Shown here: one piece after another, positions 1 through 14,680 of the stretch
How the letters are laid out: the number at the start of each line of letters is the position of its first letter
How positions within the stretch are numbered: the first letter of the stretch is position 1
Assembly: GCA_964016885.1 (NCBI GenBank)
Contig: OZ024756.1
Location: forward strand, 3,162,001 to 3,226,000
DNA: 64,000 nucleotides
Direction: 5' to 3'
Source: Eledone cirrhosa
Taxonomy: Eukaryota
Notes under the pieces: model-generated
Seen by the model: only the letters and a program-made list of their open reading frames with translations
Told to the model about the DNA's origin: nothing
Databases searched by the model: none
Translations under genes and position numbers: made by a program

Positions 1-268
1 GCGCATTTCAAAAACAAATATCATCATGGGATGATATCTGCGTTCTCAGCAGATAAAATTGGGAGACATGATATGAAGGTTAAAAAACACTTGTGAATAG
101 TGAAGTTTTAAATCATTATTTACTCTCATCTCTTCCTCTTCCTTACCTTTTCCACCCCCCCCACTCACTTTTTCCCAATCTCATACATCCATCTTAATTT
201 ATTTTTCATATGTTGATTTAAAACATCACTATTCACAAGTGTTTTTTAAGCTTCATATCATGTCTCCC

Positions 269-339
269 TATTCTATCTGATGAGAACGGAGATATCATCC
301 CATGATGATATTTGTTTATGAAATGCGCATAATAAAATA
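269..339 (+). ncRNA. Type I hammerhead motif, family H1 (also about 1-58 minus, 777-820 truncated, 48982-49052, 49188-49258, partial 36361-36390 minus)
   Basis: TATT(C/T)TAT-CTGATGA-stem II (AGATATCATC/GATGATATTT)-GAAA-TGCGCA-TA-ATAAAATA. Confidence 0.8.
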
Positions 340-369
340 CTTGGAACTCTTTTAACCATCTTTTGATCT

Positions 370-487
<118 letters not shown>

Positions 488-883
488 TATATATTAGATT
501 GTTAAACAATATTCAATGATTATGTCAAAGAATTAGTTTTACAGTAGATTGGAAGCACTCCATTTTCTGGAGTTATTAATATTAAAATATAAGTATTCAT
601 AACATAGATGTTCTTTTGATCAATTACATTTTATTATACATATTTCGGATGTACAACAGTATGTCCTCATCAGACAAAACATAATGATGCATGACATACC
701 CTGAGGTGTTAAATGGTTCAGATTTAATCAAGGTACTATATTCACAAGTGTTTTTAAGCTTCATATCATGTCTCCTTATGTTATCTGATGAGAACGCAGA
801 TATCATCCCATGATGATATATATTAGATTACCTTGATTAAATCTTAACCATTTAACATCTCAGGGTATGTCATGTATCATTAT

Positions 884-936
884 ATTTTGTCTGATGAGGA
901 TGTACTGTTGTACATCCGAAATATGTATAATAAAAT
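884..936 (+). ncRNA. Type I hammerhead motif, family H2 (inverted partner about 628-680 minus)
   Basis: ATTTTGT-CTGATGA-GGATGTAC-tgtt-GTACATCC-GAAA-TATGTA-TA-ATAAAAT, with a perfect 8-bp stem II. Confidence 0.85.
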
Positions 937-974
937 GTAATTGATCAAAAGAACATATATTTTATTAATACTTA

Positions 975-1059
<85 letters not shown>

Positions 1060-1120
1060 GTGTGTGTGTGTGTGTATATATATGTGTGTGTGTGTGTGTA
1101 TATATATATGTGTGTGTGTG

Positions 1121-1185
<65 letters not shown>

Positions 1186-1194
1186 ATGTATATA

Positions 1195-1351
<157 letters not shown>

Positions 1352-1360
1352 ATGTATATA

Positions 1361-1399
<39 letters not shown>

Positions 1400-1820
1400 G
1401 TGTCTGTGTATATATATATGGCTAGAGATAGAGATATAGAGAGATGTATACATGTGTTTATTGTGAATCTGCCTGCGTATAGATATGTCTACTAATGTGT
1501 GTTTGTGAATTTTACTACGTGTATATATATATACGTATATGTATATTTGTTATATGTGAGTATGTATGCCGATATGAGAGTGTGTGTGTGTATGTGTGCG
1601 TATATGTATGTGAGTGTGTGTGTGTGAGTGCACGTGTGTATGTACGAATTCCATTTGTTTTAAGTGTGTGTATTGAAGCGTGTGGCTTGGCGAGATCTGT
1701 TATATCGTAAAAGCTTCCTAGATATCTGAAGACCGCCATGTTAAACTTGCAAACGTACAAGTAATTATACAACCGTAAAGAGACTATATACCACCCGCCA
1801 GGGGAAACCCTGTATATCTA

Positions 1821-1873
<53 letters not shown>

Positions 1874-1900
1874 GTAATATATACATGCATAATATATATC

Positions 1901-1950
<50 letters not shown>

Positions 1951-1971
1951 GTATTGATATGTATATATATA

Positions 1972-2014
<43 letters not shown>

Positions 2015-2056
2015 GTAATATATACATACATAATATATATAATATATATATTTACT

Positions 2057-2107
<51 letters not shown>

Positions 2108-2134
2108 TGATATGTATATATATATATGTGTGTG

Positions 2135-2197
<63 letters not shown>

Positions 2198-2436
2198 CTG
2201 GGCGGTACACACTAGATAACTACGTAGATTTGTCTTGAATTCATTTCGTTTTTCGTTTAACATTTTGTTCTAGTTTTTGCAATTACTTATATGATTTCTT
2301 TTGTAATTATTGTTTGGCTGCGTTTGTTTCTTGTAATATTAGAAATGACGGAGAAAGGCAGACTGGCAGATAGAATGGAAGAAGGGAGATATAAACAGAT
2401 GAATGGGTATATCTATATGTATGTGTGTATATATAT

Positions 2437-3048
2437 ATGGTGGCTGCCAACTCGTTTTCGAGTACGGCCACTACTTTATATCCATGTAGGAGAACCCCTA
2501 CCGAAGCGCTGCATGAGTGTGACTTTTTAGTCCAGCCAGCGACTTGAAAACTCTGGTACAAACACTACACTTGTGACAATTATTGACACATAGTGCTGGG
2601 CCCATGGTACCATGTGAGGACAAGTGCAGAGAGATCTCCAGATATAAAGCAATGCCTGTGCCGTGAAGCTTTTATAGTGAGCAAAGGCACTGCACAAAGC
2701 CAGTCCCACTCTCTTAACCAAGATGATATTTACCAAAAAGAAGAACAAGTCAACATCATTGGATACCATCAAGGTTGCAGGTGTTATATCAGAGTTTTCC
2801 TTCTCCTAGAATTCTGCCTTGACAAAGGCTAAGGGGTCATCTCTCCCGGTGATTTTGGATGGCCATTGACTCTTAAGAGCTCCTTTGCCCTTTGACAGGT
2901 TTTGTTTTTAGTCCTGCAGGATGTCCAAAGTCACCCTCCTCACCAAGAAACCTTGGTGGGGTTGCCAGTTTAGTCGCCAACGACCCGACCATGAGACAGG
3001 TTGTACTGGGATACATGTTACCAGTAGCACCAACTGGTGACCTGACAT
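2437..3048 (-). mobile_element. About 600-bp non-coding repeat resembling an RTE-clade 5' UTR (copies 20615-21206 opposite strand, 41342-41731 partial)
   Basis: Three highly similar copies with shared ends inside (TA)n. Contains CTAGGAGAAGGAAAACTCTGA, a motif I recall from RTE 5' UTRs. Orientation and family are inferred. Confidence 0.6.
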
Positions 3049-3049
3049 C

Positions 3050-3160
<111 letters not shown>

Positions 3161-3168
3161 CACATATT

Positions 3169-3226
<58 letters not shown>

Positions 3227-3238
3227 CACATATTTGTA

Positions 3239-3281
<43 letters not shown>

Positions 3282-3362
3282 ACACACACACAAACACACA
3301 TATATATAGCGAGAACTTAATAAATCTGTACAATTGCCTCCTGCGTTGTGTTCGGTCTTTTC

Positions 3363-3404
<42 letters not shown>

Positions 3405-3937
3405 TTGGAGGCGGTAAAAACCAGTTAGACCATTACTCACCTGAGTACTCGATGCTTGTGGTAGTAGAGTGAGTAATATCAAAAAATTCATGACCCCGAC
3501 GGCTGAGCTCCCGCCGTTTCAACAGCTAGAAGACTAGAAATCATAGTTAATTCGCTTAACTTTTGATAAACAAAACGGTTGACTCAAGAATCATTGAGAA
3601 ACTTTGACATCGGAAATGTGTAATTCTAACACAAACTGCCATAAATAAACGGGTGTGTGGTGTGAAGTGGTGAATATATATATACATACACACAAGGTCT
3701 GAACACAAAGGAACCAAACTCCCACTGTAACTACTTCCGTCTCACTCGCTCTCTCTAGCCCTCACTATCATGAAAAGGTCCCACGCGTTGCCCCCTCCCC
3801 ATCCCCCAACCTCTAGGGACAGCCAGGATAATAGTCACTCACATAAATATTAGTTGAGAAAAATTGGGGAAATTCCCTTGGAGTCGGATATTAATAGATA
3901 TATGGGCCCCTCTCCCCACTTTTTCCTTCCTATGAGT

Positions 3938-4275
3938 TATGAGTGAGGGCTGAAAAGTTCATAGACTGGCTATGAAGGAATGATGCTAGAGATATGAAAT
4001 CTTGTTTGTTTTAATTTCGATCCCACTTATTAATAACGACATTGTTTCTTTGCAGGGACTATGTTGAAAAATAAACCTTATTTGGTCATTCCATGAGAGT
4101 ATCTTGATCTGCCTATGAAGAGGAGATGCTAGAGCTGTGAAATCTTGCATGTATTGATTTCAACTATTCTTTTTAATAACTGCATTGTTTCCTTCCCAGG
4201 ACTATGCTGAGGAAATAAACCTCATTGGGTCATTCCATGAGAGTATCTTGGTCTGCCTATCAACGTTTCAAAACG
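3938..4275. repeat. About 145-bp tandem duplication with imperfect terminal inverted repeats, possible mariner-type MITE
   Basis: CTATGAAG..GATGCTAGAG..GGTCATTCCATGAGAGTATCTTG occurs twice. TGAAAAGTTCATAGAC at the left is roughly complementary to GCCTATCAACGTTTCA at the right. Confidence 0.4.
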
Positions 4276-4541
4276 ACTTTACAAGCTTAACACCATTTTG
4301 ACAACTATTTTTTGTAGTTACATACGTTAGGACGACTACGATGTTAGATTAGAGGCTATTTCCTCCCCCTACTCCTATTCCCCCCACCCCTACTCCCCAT
4401 CTCCCTCCCCCTACTCACCATCTCCCTCCCCCTTCTCCACCCGCCACCTCCTCTTCTTACTCTAAACAATGTGTCTTCGCAATTTTTTGTCAGCTCGCTT
4501 AATTAGAAATCTTACAGAATATGACTTTCACACATAAATAT

Positions 4542-4573
<32 letters not shown>

Positions 4574-4847
4574 TATATATATACAATATATATATGTATA
4601 TTTGTATATATATATGTATATATATATATATCGGGCAGAATAGAGAGTAAAAGAAACGAGAGAAGTGTGTGTGGGGTGGGTGGGGGGTGGGGGGAAGTGA
4701 GTGTGTTTGTGGGTCTAAGAGAGGGAAAACGAGTGAGAGAAAGAAAGAGAGAGTTGTATGAGGGTGTTGCAGGAATTGCCACCCAGACTCAAATGTATAT
4801 ATGTGTATTTATGTATAAATCCATGTATGCATACATACATATATCTT

Positions 4848-4939
<92 letters not shown>

Positions 4940-5016
4940 ATATGTATGTATATATATATATATGTATATATATATGAATATATATATGTAAATATATGCA
5001 TACATGCATATATCTT

Positions 5017-5092
<76 letters not shown>

Positions 5093-5095
5093 ATG

Positions 5096-5176
<81 letters not shown>

Positions 5177-5182
<6 letters not shown>

Positions 5183-6870
5183 ATTCTTTGGGAGGGTCAA
5201 GTTGCCAATAAGAAACACACGCACCAGTTGCTTTCACTTCAATTTATTATAATAAATTTATAATAAATTTATAATAAATTTATAAATTTATAAATTTCTG
5301 GTTGGTTGGTTGGTTCCACAACCAGTTAGTTGTTTATATATTGTCATAGTTCTTTTGTCACACACTATGTGACCTCTTCAGTGACTGGGGATTCCTTTCT
5401 TTGTTTCTGTGCCTCTCCTTTGTTCTGTCCTACGCCATTTTGTTTCTGTGTGTGTGTTGTGTGCTCAGTTTGCGCATGCGCCACATCCGGGTGTCTGTGT
5501 GTGTTTATGTTCATTTATTTATTTGTTTATTTACATGTTACTGGTTGGTTGTTTGTTCTATGTGTGTGTGTGTTTTCATATTGTCCTTAGTTGTAAGTTG
5601 TGATGTTGCTGTTCCACTCATATTTTCTATTTAATTTTGGTTGTAATTCTTTTATATTTATTGCCTCTGTAATTTGTCTAAACATTGCGTCTTTTCTGTG
5701 TGTAGATTCTATTTTTATTTCTATGTTCTCTAATTTAACCTTGTGTTCTATTTTAGCATGTTGGTAGAGTACAGATGATTCTTTACTATCTTGAAGGTCT
5801 CGCCAGTGTTCATTTATCCGTTCCCCTACACTACGAGCTGTCTCACCTATGTACACTATATTTTTGTCTCTACATTGTCCTTCAGTACATCTTATGCTAT
5901 ACACTACATTTCTAGTTTTACAGTTAATATGGGGGCTTATTTTACAGGTTATACATTTCTTATCTATACATGAGTGTCTTTGAAAAGGGTATGTCTTGCT
6001 AATAAGTGTTTTTACGGAGGTACCTGGTCTTTCTACTATCTTAATATTGAGTTTATGTTTATTTAGGGCCCTTCTAAATTTGTAAGTTAATTCACCTCTA
6101 GGGGTTGTATCGATGAACATTACACTCTGGTATTTATTGCTATCATACCATGAGTTTATTCTATTAGCCTTGTTCCTAGTTCTTTCTATTCTATTCCAAA
6201 ATTTGCTCCTATACAAGGGGCAGGTCCCATTTATGTCATTATTTACCATTTTTTCCCATTTGGTTTTGGCTCCTCTATACACTCTGATTTTATCTCTCTG
6301 ATTGTAGCCAGAGAACTGCATACGGTGGATGAAGTGTTGTATGTGTCTCTCTAGTTCTTCGGGGTTGCACATGCGGGACACATTTCTCATCACCCGTACC
6401 AAATCCGCAATCAGTATGTTGATTTTGGTATGGTCCGAAACGGCCGAGTTTCGGTGGATCAGATGTTTGGAAGTCATGGGTTTGGCATAATGGGAATGGA
6501 GGATTTGTTTTTTGTTATTAATGGTATCTAACCAGAGCCCTGTGTCTAGTACAGGTAATCGATGGTTGGGGTGTTTACTAGGGTAGTCTATAGTAACTCT
6601 AATGCTCTGGTGGATGGAGTTAGCTATTTGCTGGATGCTTTCCATTGTGTTTTTCTCTAGTTCCTGACTGTTCTCTAGTTGGGTTGTCTTAACTACGATG
6701 TTTATATCATCAACGTAGCGGGAGTACATTATCAGGGTTAAGGAGTCTTCTCATTGTTCTTTAAGCTTATAGGTAGGAGCAGCCATTGGTGTTAGCATTG
6801 CAGGCGACATAGCTAACTTATTCATGGTATGGTGGGACAGTAGACTTAAATTTAAGCTTAAAGAACAATT
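5177..6870 (-). mobile_element. Penelope-like element family A, 5'-truncated copy with a short 5' inversion (about 6773-6870)
   Basis: Near-identical to 9330-10930. Its 3' end runs into (TA)n. The 5' end carries about 100 bp of the adjacent RT region in the opposite orientation. Confidence 0.9.
5587..6729 (-). pseudogene. PLE-A RT C-terminus + GIY-YIG endonuclease fragment
   Basis: YSRYVDD RT motif, CxxxxCxxC linker, and VVYSIRC...YIGET..R..EH GIY-YIG motif. Confidence 0.9.
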
Positions 6871-7247
6871 ATGATGATCCTGATTATAATTTCTCCGGAA
6901 TGAAAGTTCTAGTCTTGTAGAAGCCATTTTATATTAAATATTTACACTCTGCTTTGTATTGAGTACTTTACTTACTGTGGCTACCCCCGATCGAATCCGG
7001 GATAAACTTATGTATATATATATATTTATGTATATATATAAATTTATATATATATATTAGCGAAAACCAACCAAACAGTGAGTGTGTTCTGTTATTAATT
7101 CTGGCAACATTATTACACAAATATGACCCTCCCCAAGTATATATATATATATAAAAACATGGGAAGAAAGAGGAAAACTGCGTGGTTGCACATGGGTTAC
7201 ATATTATAAAATTAGTCCCTCATCAGTGATTTGCCAACCATCATTGG

Positions 7248-7345
<98 letters not shown>

Positions 7346-9181
7346 GCGTGTGTATATATGGTGTGTTAACGTGGGCTGTTCTAAACTGTGACTATTCTAA
7401 TTTGTACAACTTCCATTAACGTATTTTGAGCTAATTAGGCTAGAACCGGACGTGAATGAATTCAAATTCACATTCACAGAGACACAGGACCGAGATATGT
7501 ATTTAACCACGTACAAACATGATGACACAAATATATGAACGAAGGGAGTGCTGCCTCCCTGCAGTCGCCTAGTGGGCTAAACATACCAGCGAAAGCTTTT
7601 TGCAATAACCGTGAATGACGTTAAATGCACATTTACATAAACACATACATAGATATGTGCATATAGATGCAGACACAGCAACGAAGGGAGTGCTGCCTTC
7701 ATGCAGTCACCTGACTAGCTAAAATTAGTAGCAAAATATTCACCAAATGTATTCCTACTCGTCTTTTAGTTAAAAAGACTCTTTCTTCTGCTCGTAAAAC
7801 CTGACACGCCTGCTTAGTTAACGTAGGCGATAGTGAAGTCTGCATACGATCACTCGACCTGCTAAACATAGTAGCGAAATCTTATTCAAAATATAAAAAT
7901 AATTGCATATTTGGAACACATTGATACACTACTTTATATCAATTCTTAAATATTGGTAGTTGATGGGATGGTCATATGTGGACTTCCTTTCACCATAGTT
8001 CTAGAGGGCAAGTGGTGACGAAAGAATTTGAGCTTCTACTCGTTGCTGAACCTGCTAGAAATAGCAACAATATCTTGCTCAAATATGACCCAGCAGAAAT
8101 ATTTTTGTTGCGGGGGGGGGGGGATCTGCAAGGTACCATTGACATATTAATAATTTAAGTTCTAGGTAGTCCCGAAAACACTTTGGGATGGTCATGATTG
8201 GAATGCTTTTGATAATGGATTGGCTAGATTATGGTTGCATAAGGGCAGGATCTTTAAGGGACATTTGCAAGGCTGAAGAAGGCAGTTTTCGGGACTCTAG
8301 TGTATGGGGATGATGCTTTGAAATCCTTTTAATTTTTCTCTTTTTTATTTTTTGTTAGGTGTGATAAGATATATTAGGGGCCCTGCCTTTGCTGTTCGTG
8401 CTGACTGAACCGAGACCTCTTCTAGGCCCTGATCTGAGGTTTAAACAACAATAATAACTAGGAACAGGTTAGTAACGGTGTCGGTACCTGAGAGACATCT
8501 AAAATTAAAAGATTGTCACCAAAAGAACCTCCTGGTTAATTTGAAGCTCGTCAACAAATTCGCAAGGATTTAGCTGAGAAAAAATGACTTTAAAAAATCG
8601 CTTGTTGTATTCTCACGGTATCTAACAACTTTTGTCATTTACACACACACACGCACACACACACACACACACTCACACACACACGCACACGCACACACAC
8701 ACGCACAACGCACAACGCACACACGCACACGCACACACACACACACAGAGCACACAACACACAACGCACACACTCACACACACACAACGCACACACTCAC
8801 ACACATACACACACACACACAGCACACAACACACAACGCACACACACACAACGCTCACACTCACACACATACATACACACACACATACACACACACAAAC
8901 ACAGGCACACACACACACACACACACACTGAGTAACATATACATATATATAGAAAACAGTTCCCATTAAAATTATTCTTATTCCATTAATCTCACGACTA
9001 TATTCTTTCAAAGTTATCAAGATATTGTTGGTAGATTTGTGTTATTTATTTATTTATCTTTATTAATAGCTTAACTAGCAATCCTATTCCATGTCGTGTA
9101 ATTAACATTATACAGAGAATTTATTATAATTATTACAATTAATAAAAAAAAAACGATGACGTTAGATCTGCAGAATTAGAG

Positions 9182-9227
<46 letters not shown>

Positions 9228-9270
9228 ATATACATATATATATGATATATACATATATATATATATATAT

Positions 9271-12200
9271 ATTTCGTTTCTGAATTTGTTTAGCAAGATT
9301 CTTTATCTGAAATCGTGTGTTGAAACCGATATTGTTATACTTTGGGAGGGTCATGTTGCCTATAAGAAACACACGCACCAATTGCTTTCACTTCAATTTA
9401 TTATATATTTATAAATTTATAAATTTACAAATCTACAAACCTATAAATTTCTGGTTGGTTGGTTGGTTCCACAACCAGATAGTTGTTTATATATAGTCAT
9501 AGTCCTTTCGTCACACACTCTGTGACCTCTTCAGTGACTGGGGATTCCTTTCTTCGTTTCTGTGCCTTTCCTTTCTTCTGTCCTACGCCATTTTGTTTCT
9601 GTGTGTGTGTTGTGTGCTCAGTTTGCGCATGCGCCACATCCGGGTGTCTGTGTGTGTTTGTGTTCATTTATCTATTTGTTTATTTATTTACATGTTGTTG
9701 GTTGGTTGTTTGTTCTATGTGTGTGTGTGTTTTCATTTTGTCCTTAATTGTAAGTTGTGATGTTGCTGTTCCACTCATATTTTCTATTTAATTTTGGTTG
9801 TAATTCTTTTATGCTTACTGCCTCTGTAATTTGCCTAAACATTGCATCTTTTCTGTGTGTGGATTCTATTTTTATTTCTATGTTCTCTAATTTACCCTTG
9901 TGTTCTATCTTAGCATGTTGGTAGAGTACAGATGATTCTTTATTATCTTGAAGGTCTCGCCAGTGTTCATTTATCCGTTCCCCTATACTACGAGCTGTCT
10001 CACCTATGTACACTATATTTTTGTTTCTACATTGTCCTTCAGTACATCTTATGCTATACACTACATTTCTAGTTTTACAGTTAATATGGGGGTTTATTTT
10101 AGAGGTTATACATTTCTTATCTATACATGAGGGTCTTTGCAACGGGTATGTCTTGCTAATAAGTGTTTTTATGGAGGTACCTGGTCTTTCTACTATCTTA
10201 ATATTGAGTTTATGTTTATTTAAGGCCCTTCTAAATTTGTAGGCTAGGTCGCCTCTAGGGGTTGTATTGATGAACATTACACTCTGGTATTTATTGCTAT
10301 CATACCATGAGTTTATTCTATTGGCCTTGTTCCTAGTTCTTTCTATTCTATTCCAAAATTTGCTCCTATACAAGGGGCAGGTCCCATTTATGTCATTATT
10401 TCCCATTTTTTCCCATTTGGTTCTGGCTCCTCTATACACTCTGATTCTATCTCTCTGATTGTAGCCAGAGAACTGCATACGGTGGATGAAGTGTTGTATG
10501 TGTCTCTCTAGTTCTTCGGGGTTGCACATGCGGGACACATTTCTCATCACCCGTACCAAATCCGCAATCAGTATGTTGATTTTGGTATGGTCCGAAATTG
10601 CCGAGTTTCGGTGGATCAGATGTTTGGAAGTCATGGGTTTGGCATAATGGGAATGGAGGATTTGTTTTTGGTTGTTAATGGTATCTAACCAGAGCTCTGT
10701 GTCTAGTACAGGTAATCGATGGTTGGGGTGTCTACTTGGGTAGTCTATAGTAACTCTAATGCTCTGGTGGATGGAGTTTGCTATTTGCTGGATGCTTTCC
10801 ATTGTGTGTTTTTCTCTAGTTCCTGACTGTTCTCTAGTGGGGGTGTCTTAACTACGATGTTTATATCATCTACGTAGCGGGAGTACATTATCAGGGTTAA
10901 GCTGTCTTCTAATTGTTCTTTAAGTTTAAGTTTAAGTCTACTGTCCCACCATACCATGAATAAGTTAGCTATGTCGCCTGCAATGCTAACGCCAATGTCT
11001 GCTCCTTCCTCTTGGGCATATGTTTTACCATTAAATTTGAACATATGTTCCTTAAGGGTTAATTTTATGCTGGCCCCTACCGCATGTGCAATCATTTTCT
11101 TCAGTTTATCGTGGTTTTCGGGTGTCCGTATGGCTCTGGTCCACCCGTTCCATCTAACTGTGTGGATTTTCTTGGCCATTGAGGTAATGGTAGGTGGTCT
11201 GCCTCTTGCTGGTCTTGTAGGGCACAGGTTGCTAAGGTCATAAGTGTCTAGGTAACTATTACTATGGGTAAGCTTAAGTAGAAGTCCCAGCTCACTGGTA
11301 TCAATCCCACGGAACTCAACCTTGCTCTCGCTGACCATTTCTACGCATTTCTCCACAGCAAAATCCACGTCAATAGATGGATACAGGGACACAACATCCA
11401 TACTGCCTTTTATGCAGTTTGTTAGGTCCCCAGATAGGTTACTCACGCCGATTCTGCTGAGGAGGTCCTCCGTGCTGTCACATACATCTGGGGACATCTC
11501 AATGATGGGGCGTATGATCAGGGAGAGGAAGTAGGACAGTCTGTAGTTACTAGCAATGTTAGCTCCACAGACTGGCCGTGTTGGTGGTCCCGCGACAGGG
11601 TCACAGCCCGTTTTATGGTCTTTTCGAAGCCCATACAACGCCGGCACGTCATTGTTCCAGGCCTGGAAGTTGTTGGCAGTCCTTTTGTTGGGCTGCATTT
11701 TATTCGTCCACATCACCATATGGGCATTGAGGGCTTTTTCTCTATCCTCATGCTCCTGTGGTGTTACCTCTCTTGTGTTAGTGATGTGGGGTTGCATTGC
11801 CTGGATGTAGTTTGGCAGGCTGTCAACCGACATTCTGCCGGACTTGTCTGTTGAAAAGCATGCTATCTCTCCATTACGTGAGCGCTGCATGAGCTTACGC
11901 AAGCCATTTGCAGATTTTTCTCTCAGTTGCTGGGCCTCTATTCTATTATGCTTCTTGCTATACTGTTCTATAATATTTCTAAGTTCGGATTTAGCTATAC
12001 TAAATTGTGCTTCTGTTTGTTCATCGACCTGCGACGGCAACTGCGTGCGTTTGTTAAATGGTAAAGTCGTGGCGTGGACTCGTCGCAGGTCGAATGATTT
12101 ATCGGAGGGATTATAAAACGGAGAGTTCCAGGCTGCTGCTTTATGTGTACTAGTGCTATTGTTATTGTTAGTTGTGTTGTTTCTATTTCTATTTCCACCA

Positions 12201-14488
12201 ACAGCCTCATGGTTGTTTCTATGTCTCTCATAATTCCTCCTGTCTCTTTCCACTGGCTCAATGTTGTTATCTACCCTATTTTGTGTGTCTGTGTGTTCGT
12301 CTTGGTTATTCTCTTTGTCCTTAGTCTCCCATCTCCTTTTCCTTTTAATCTTATTACTTTCCCTTATTTCTCTGATTTCTATGCTACTGTCATTACTTGT
12401 TTTCTGTGTCTGTGTGTTTGTTAAGATTGTGGTGGTGGTGAGAGGCATTGAATGCGTGTGTGTTGTTGTTGATGTGTGCTGTTGTTGATGTGTGTTGTTG
12501 TTGTCTCCGTGTGTGTTATCGTTGTTGTGTGTGTTGTTATTGTTGTTTGTGTCTGCGTGTCTGCGTGTCTGTTGTTGTTGTTTGTGGGTATGTTGCTATT
12601 GTTGTTGTTGTTGATGTGTGTGTTGTTGTTATTGTTGTTTGTGTCTGTGTGTCTGTTGTTGTTGGGATGTGTGTTGTATATGTGTGTGCGTATATTGTTG
12701 CTTTTGTTTTTGATGCTCCAGCGTAGTTTTGTAAATGATTTTTCTATTTCTGACAGACAACTAATCATATTTACCTTCTTGAATGTCGCAAATTTCGGCG
12801 GCAAATGTAACACAGACATTTCATCCTTATCTATTTTTGTGTTCCCATAAATGTTGGTGTTTTTGTTGTTGAACTCTTCTGATAATGAGGTGTCGGCCAT
12901 GTTGATACCGTCAATTTTGTTGGGATATCTATTGGTATACTCTATAGTATCCTGATTTAGCTTTGCGTATTTAAGCCACTTTAGTTTCCTGTTAAAGTGC
13001 TTATCACATTCTTGAGTAATGTACTGTTCTTCGGGGCGTATAAGGCTTATAAATATTAGTTTCTCTGTTGGTGTGGTGATTCTAGCTATTTCTTGTATTA
13101 GGTTACGCTTTTGTTTTTCTTGATGACTTAATTCTCTATAGATCTTCTTTTTTATGTTTAGAATTAAAGTTCGTTTTAGCCTATCTGCTTCTAACGTCGG
13201 TATTGATGGTGTTGGTGTAGATTCTAGAAGAGGCACAGAGCTTTATGAAGGATAGTTGTCGAGATGTTATGGTTTTTCGTAGACAACAGAACATGGTGGT
13301 TTTGAGTATCTTGTTAGCCTGGCTAAGGCTTACGATATTTCGTTTCTGAATTTGTTTAGCAAGATTCTTTATCTGAAATCGTGTGTTGAAACCGATATTG
13401 TTATACTTTGGGGGGGTCATGTTGCCAATAAGAAACACACGCACCAGTTGCTTTCACTTCAATTTATTATATATTTATAAATTTATAAATTTATAAATCT
13501 ACAACCCTATAAATTTCTGGTTGGTTGGTTGGTTTCACAACCAGATAGTTGTTTATATATAGTCATAGTCCTTTCGTCACACACTCTGTGACCTCTTCAG
13601 TGACTGGGGATTCCTTTCTTCGTTTCTGTGCTTTTCCTTTCTTCTGTCCTACGCCATTTTGTTTCTGTGTGTGTGTTGTGTGCTCAGTTTGCGCATGCGC
13701 CACATCCGGGTGTCTGTGTGTGTTTGTGTTCATTTATCTATTTGTTTATTTATTTACATGTTGTTGGTTGGTTGTTTGTTCTATGTGTGTGTGTGTTTTC
13801 ATTTTGTCCTTAATTGTAAGTTGTGATGTTGCTGTTCCACTCATATTTTCTATTTAATTTTGGTTGTAATTCTTTTATGCTTACTGCCTCTGTAATTTGC
13901 CTAAACATTGCATCTTTTCTGTGTGTGGATTCTATTTTTATTTCTGTTCTTTAATTTACCCTTGTGTTCTATCTTAGCATGTTGGTAGAGTACAGATGAT
14001 TCTTTATTATCTTGAAGGTCTCGCCAGTGTTCATTTATCCGTTCCCCTATACTACGAGCTGTCTCACCTATGTACACTATATTTTTGTTTCTACATTGTC
14101 CTTCAGTACATCTTATGCTATACACTACATTTCTAGTTTTACAGTTAATATGGGGGCTTATTTTACAGGTTATACATTTCTTATCTGTACATGAGGGTCT
14201 TTGGAACGGGTATGTCTTGCTAATAAGTGTTTTTATGGAGGTACCTGGTCTTTCTACTATCTTAATATTGAGTTTATGTTTATTTAGGGCCCTTCTAAAT
14301 TTGTAGGCTAGTTCGCCTCTAGGGGTTGTATTGATGAACATTACACTCTGGTATTTATTGCTATCATACCATGAGTTTATTCTATTGGCCTTGTTCCTAG
14401 TTCTTTCTATTCTATTCCAAAATTTGCTCCTATACAAGGGGCAGGTCCCATTTATGTCATTATTTCCCATTTTTTCCCATTTGGTTCT
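9271..14488 (-). mobile_element. Penelope-like element family A, full-length unit preceded by a partial tandem copy (pLTR-ORF-pLTR)
   Basis: 13337-14488 duplicates 9271-10425 as a direct repeat around an RT-GIY-YIG ORF. An HHR sits in each repeat. The 3' end abuts (TA)n. Confidence 0.93.
9744..13420 (-). pseudogene. PLE-A polyprotein (N-terminal region, Asn/Thr-rich insert, RT, GIY-YIG), broken by about 3 frameshifts
   Basis: Consecutive overlapping ORFs 13181-13444, 12421-13236, 10781-12448 and 9744-10802. Motifs: TDKSG, LYGLRKDHK, RPV, MDVVSLYPSI, RYVDD, YIGET. Likely start is MTPPK at 13420. Confidence 0.88.
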
Positions 14489-14680
14489 TATGAGAGACAT
14501 AGAAACAACCATGAGGCTGTTGGTGGAAATAGAAATAGAAACAACACAACTAACAATAACAATAGCACTAGTACACATAAAGCAGTAGCCTGGAACTCTC
14601 CGTTTTATAATCCCTCCGATAAATCAAACGACCTGCGACGAGTCCACGCCACGACTTTACCATTTAACAAACGCACGCAG

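Noticed and set aside
7200-7255. CTGATGA on the minus strand at about 7220 (also CTGATGA at 25429 and CTGAAGA at 33270)
   Set aside because: No properly placed stem II-GAAA-UH, so they are not counted as hammerheads.
13901-14578. 225-aa ORF suggesting a stand-alone GIY-YIG nuclease with a hydrophobic N-terminus
   Set aside because: It is a chimera across the 14488/14489 inversion junction. The N-terminus is antisense PLE sequence.
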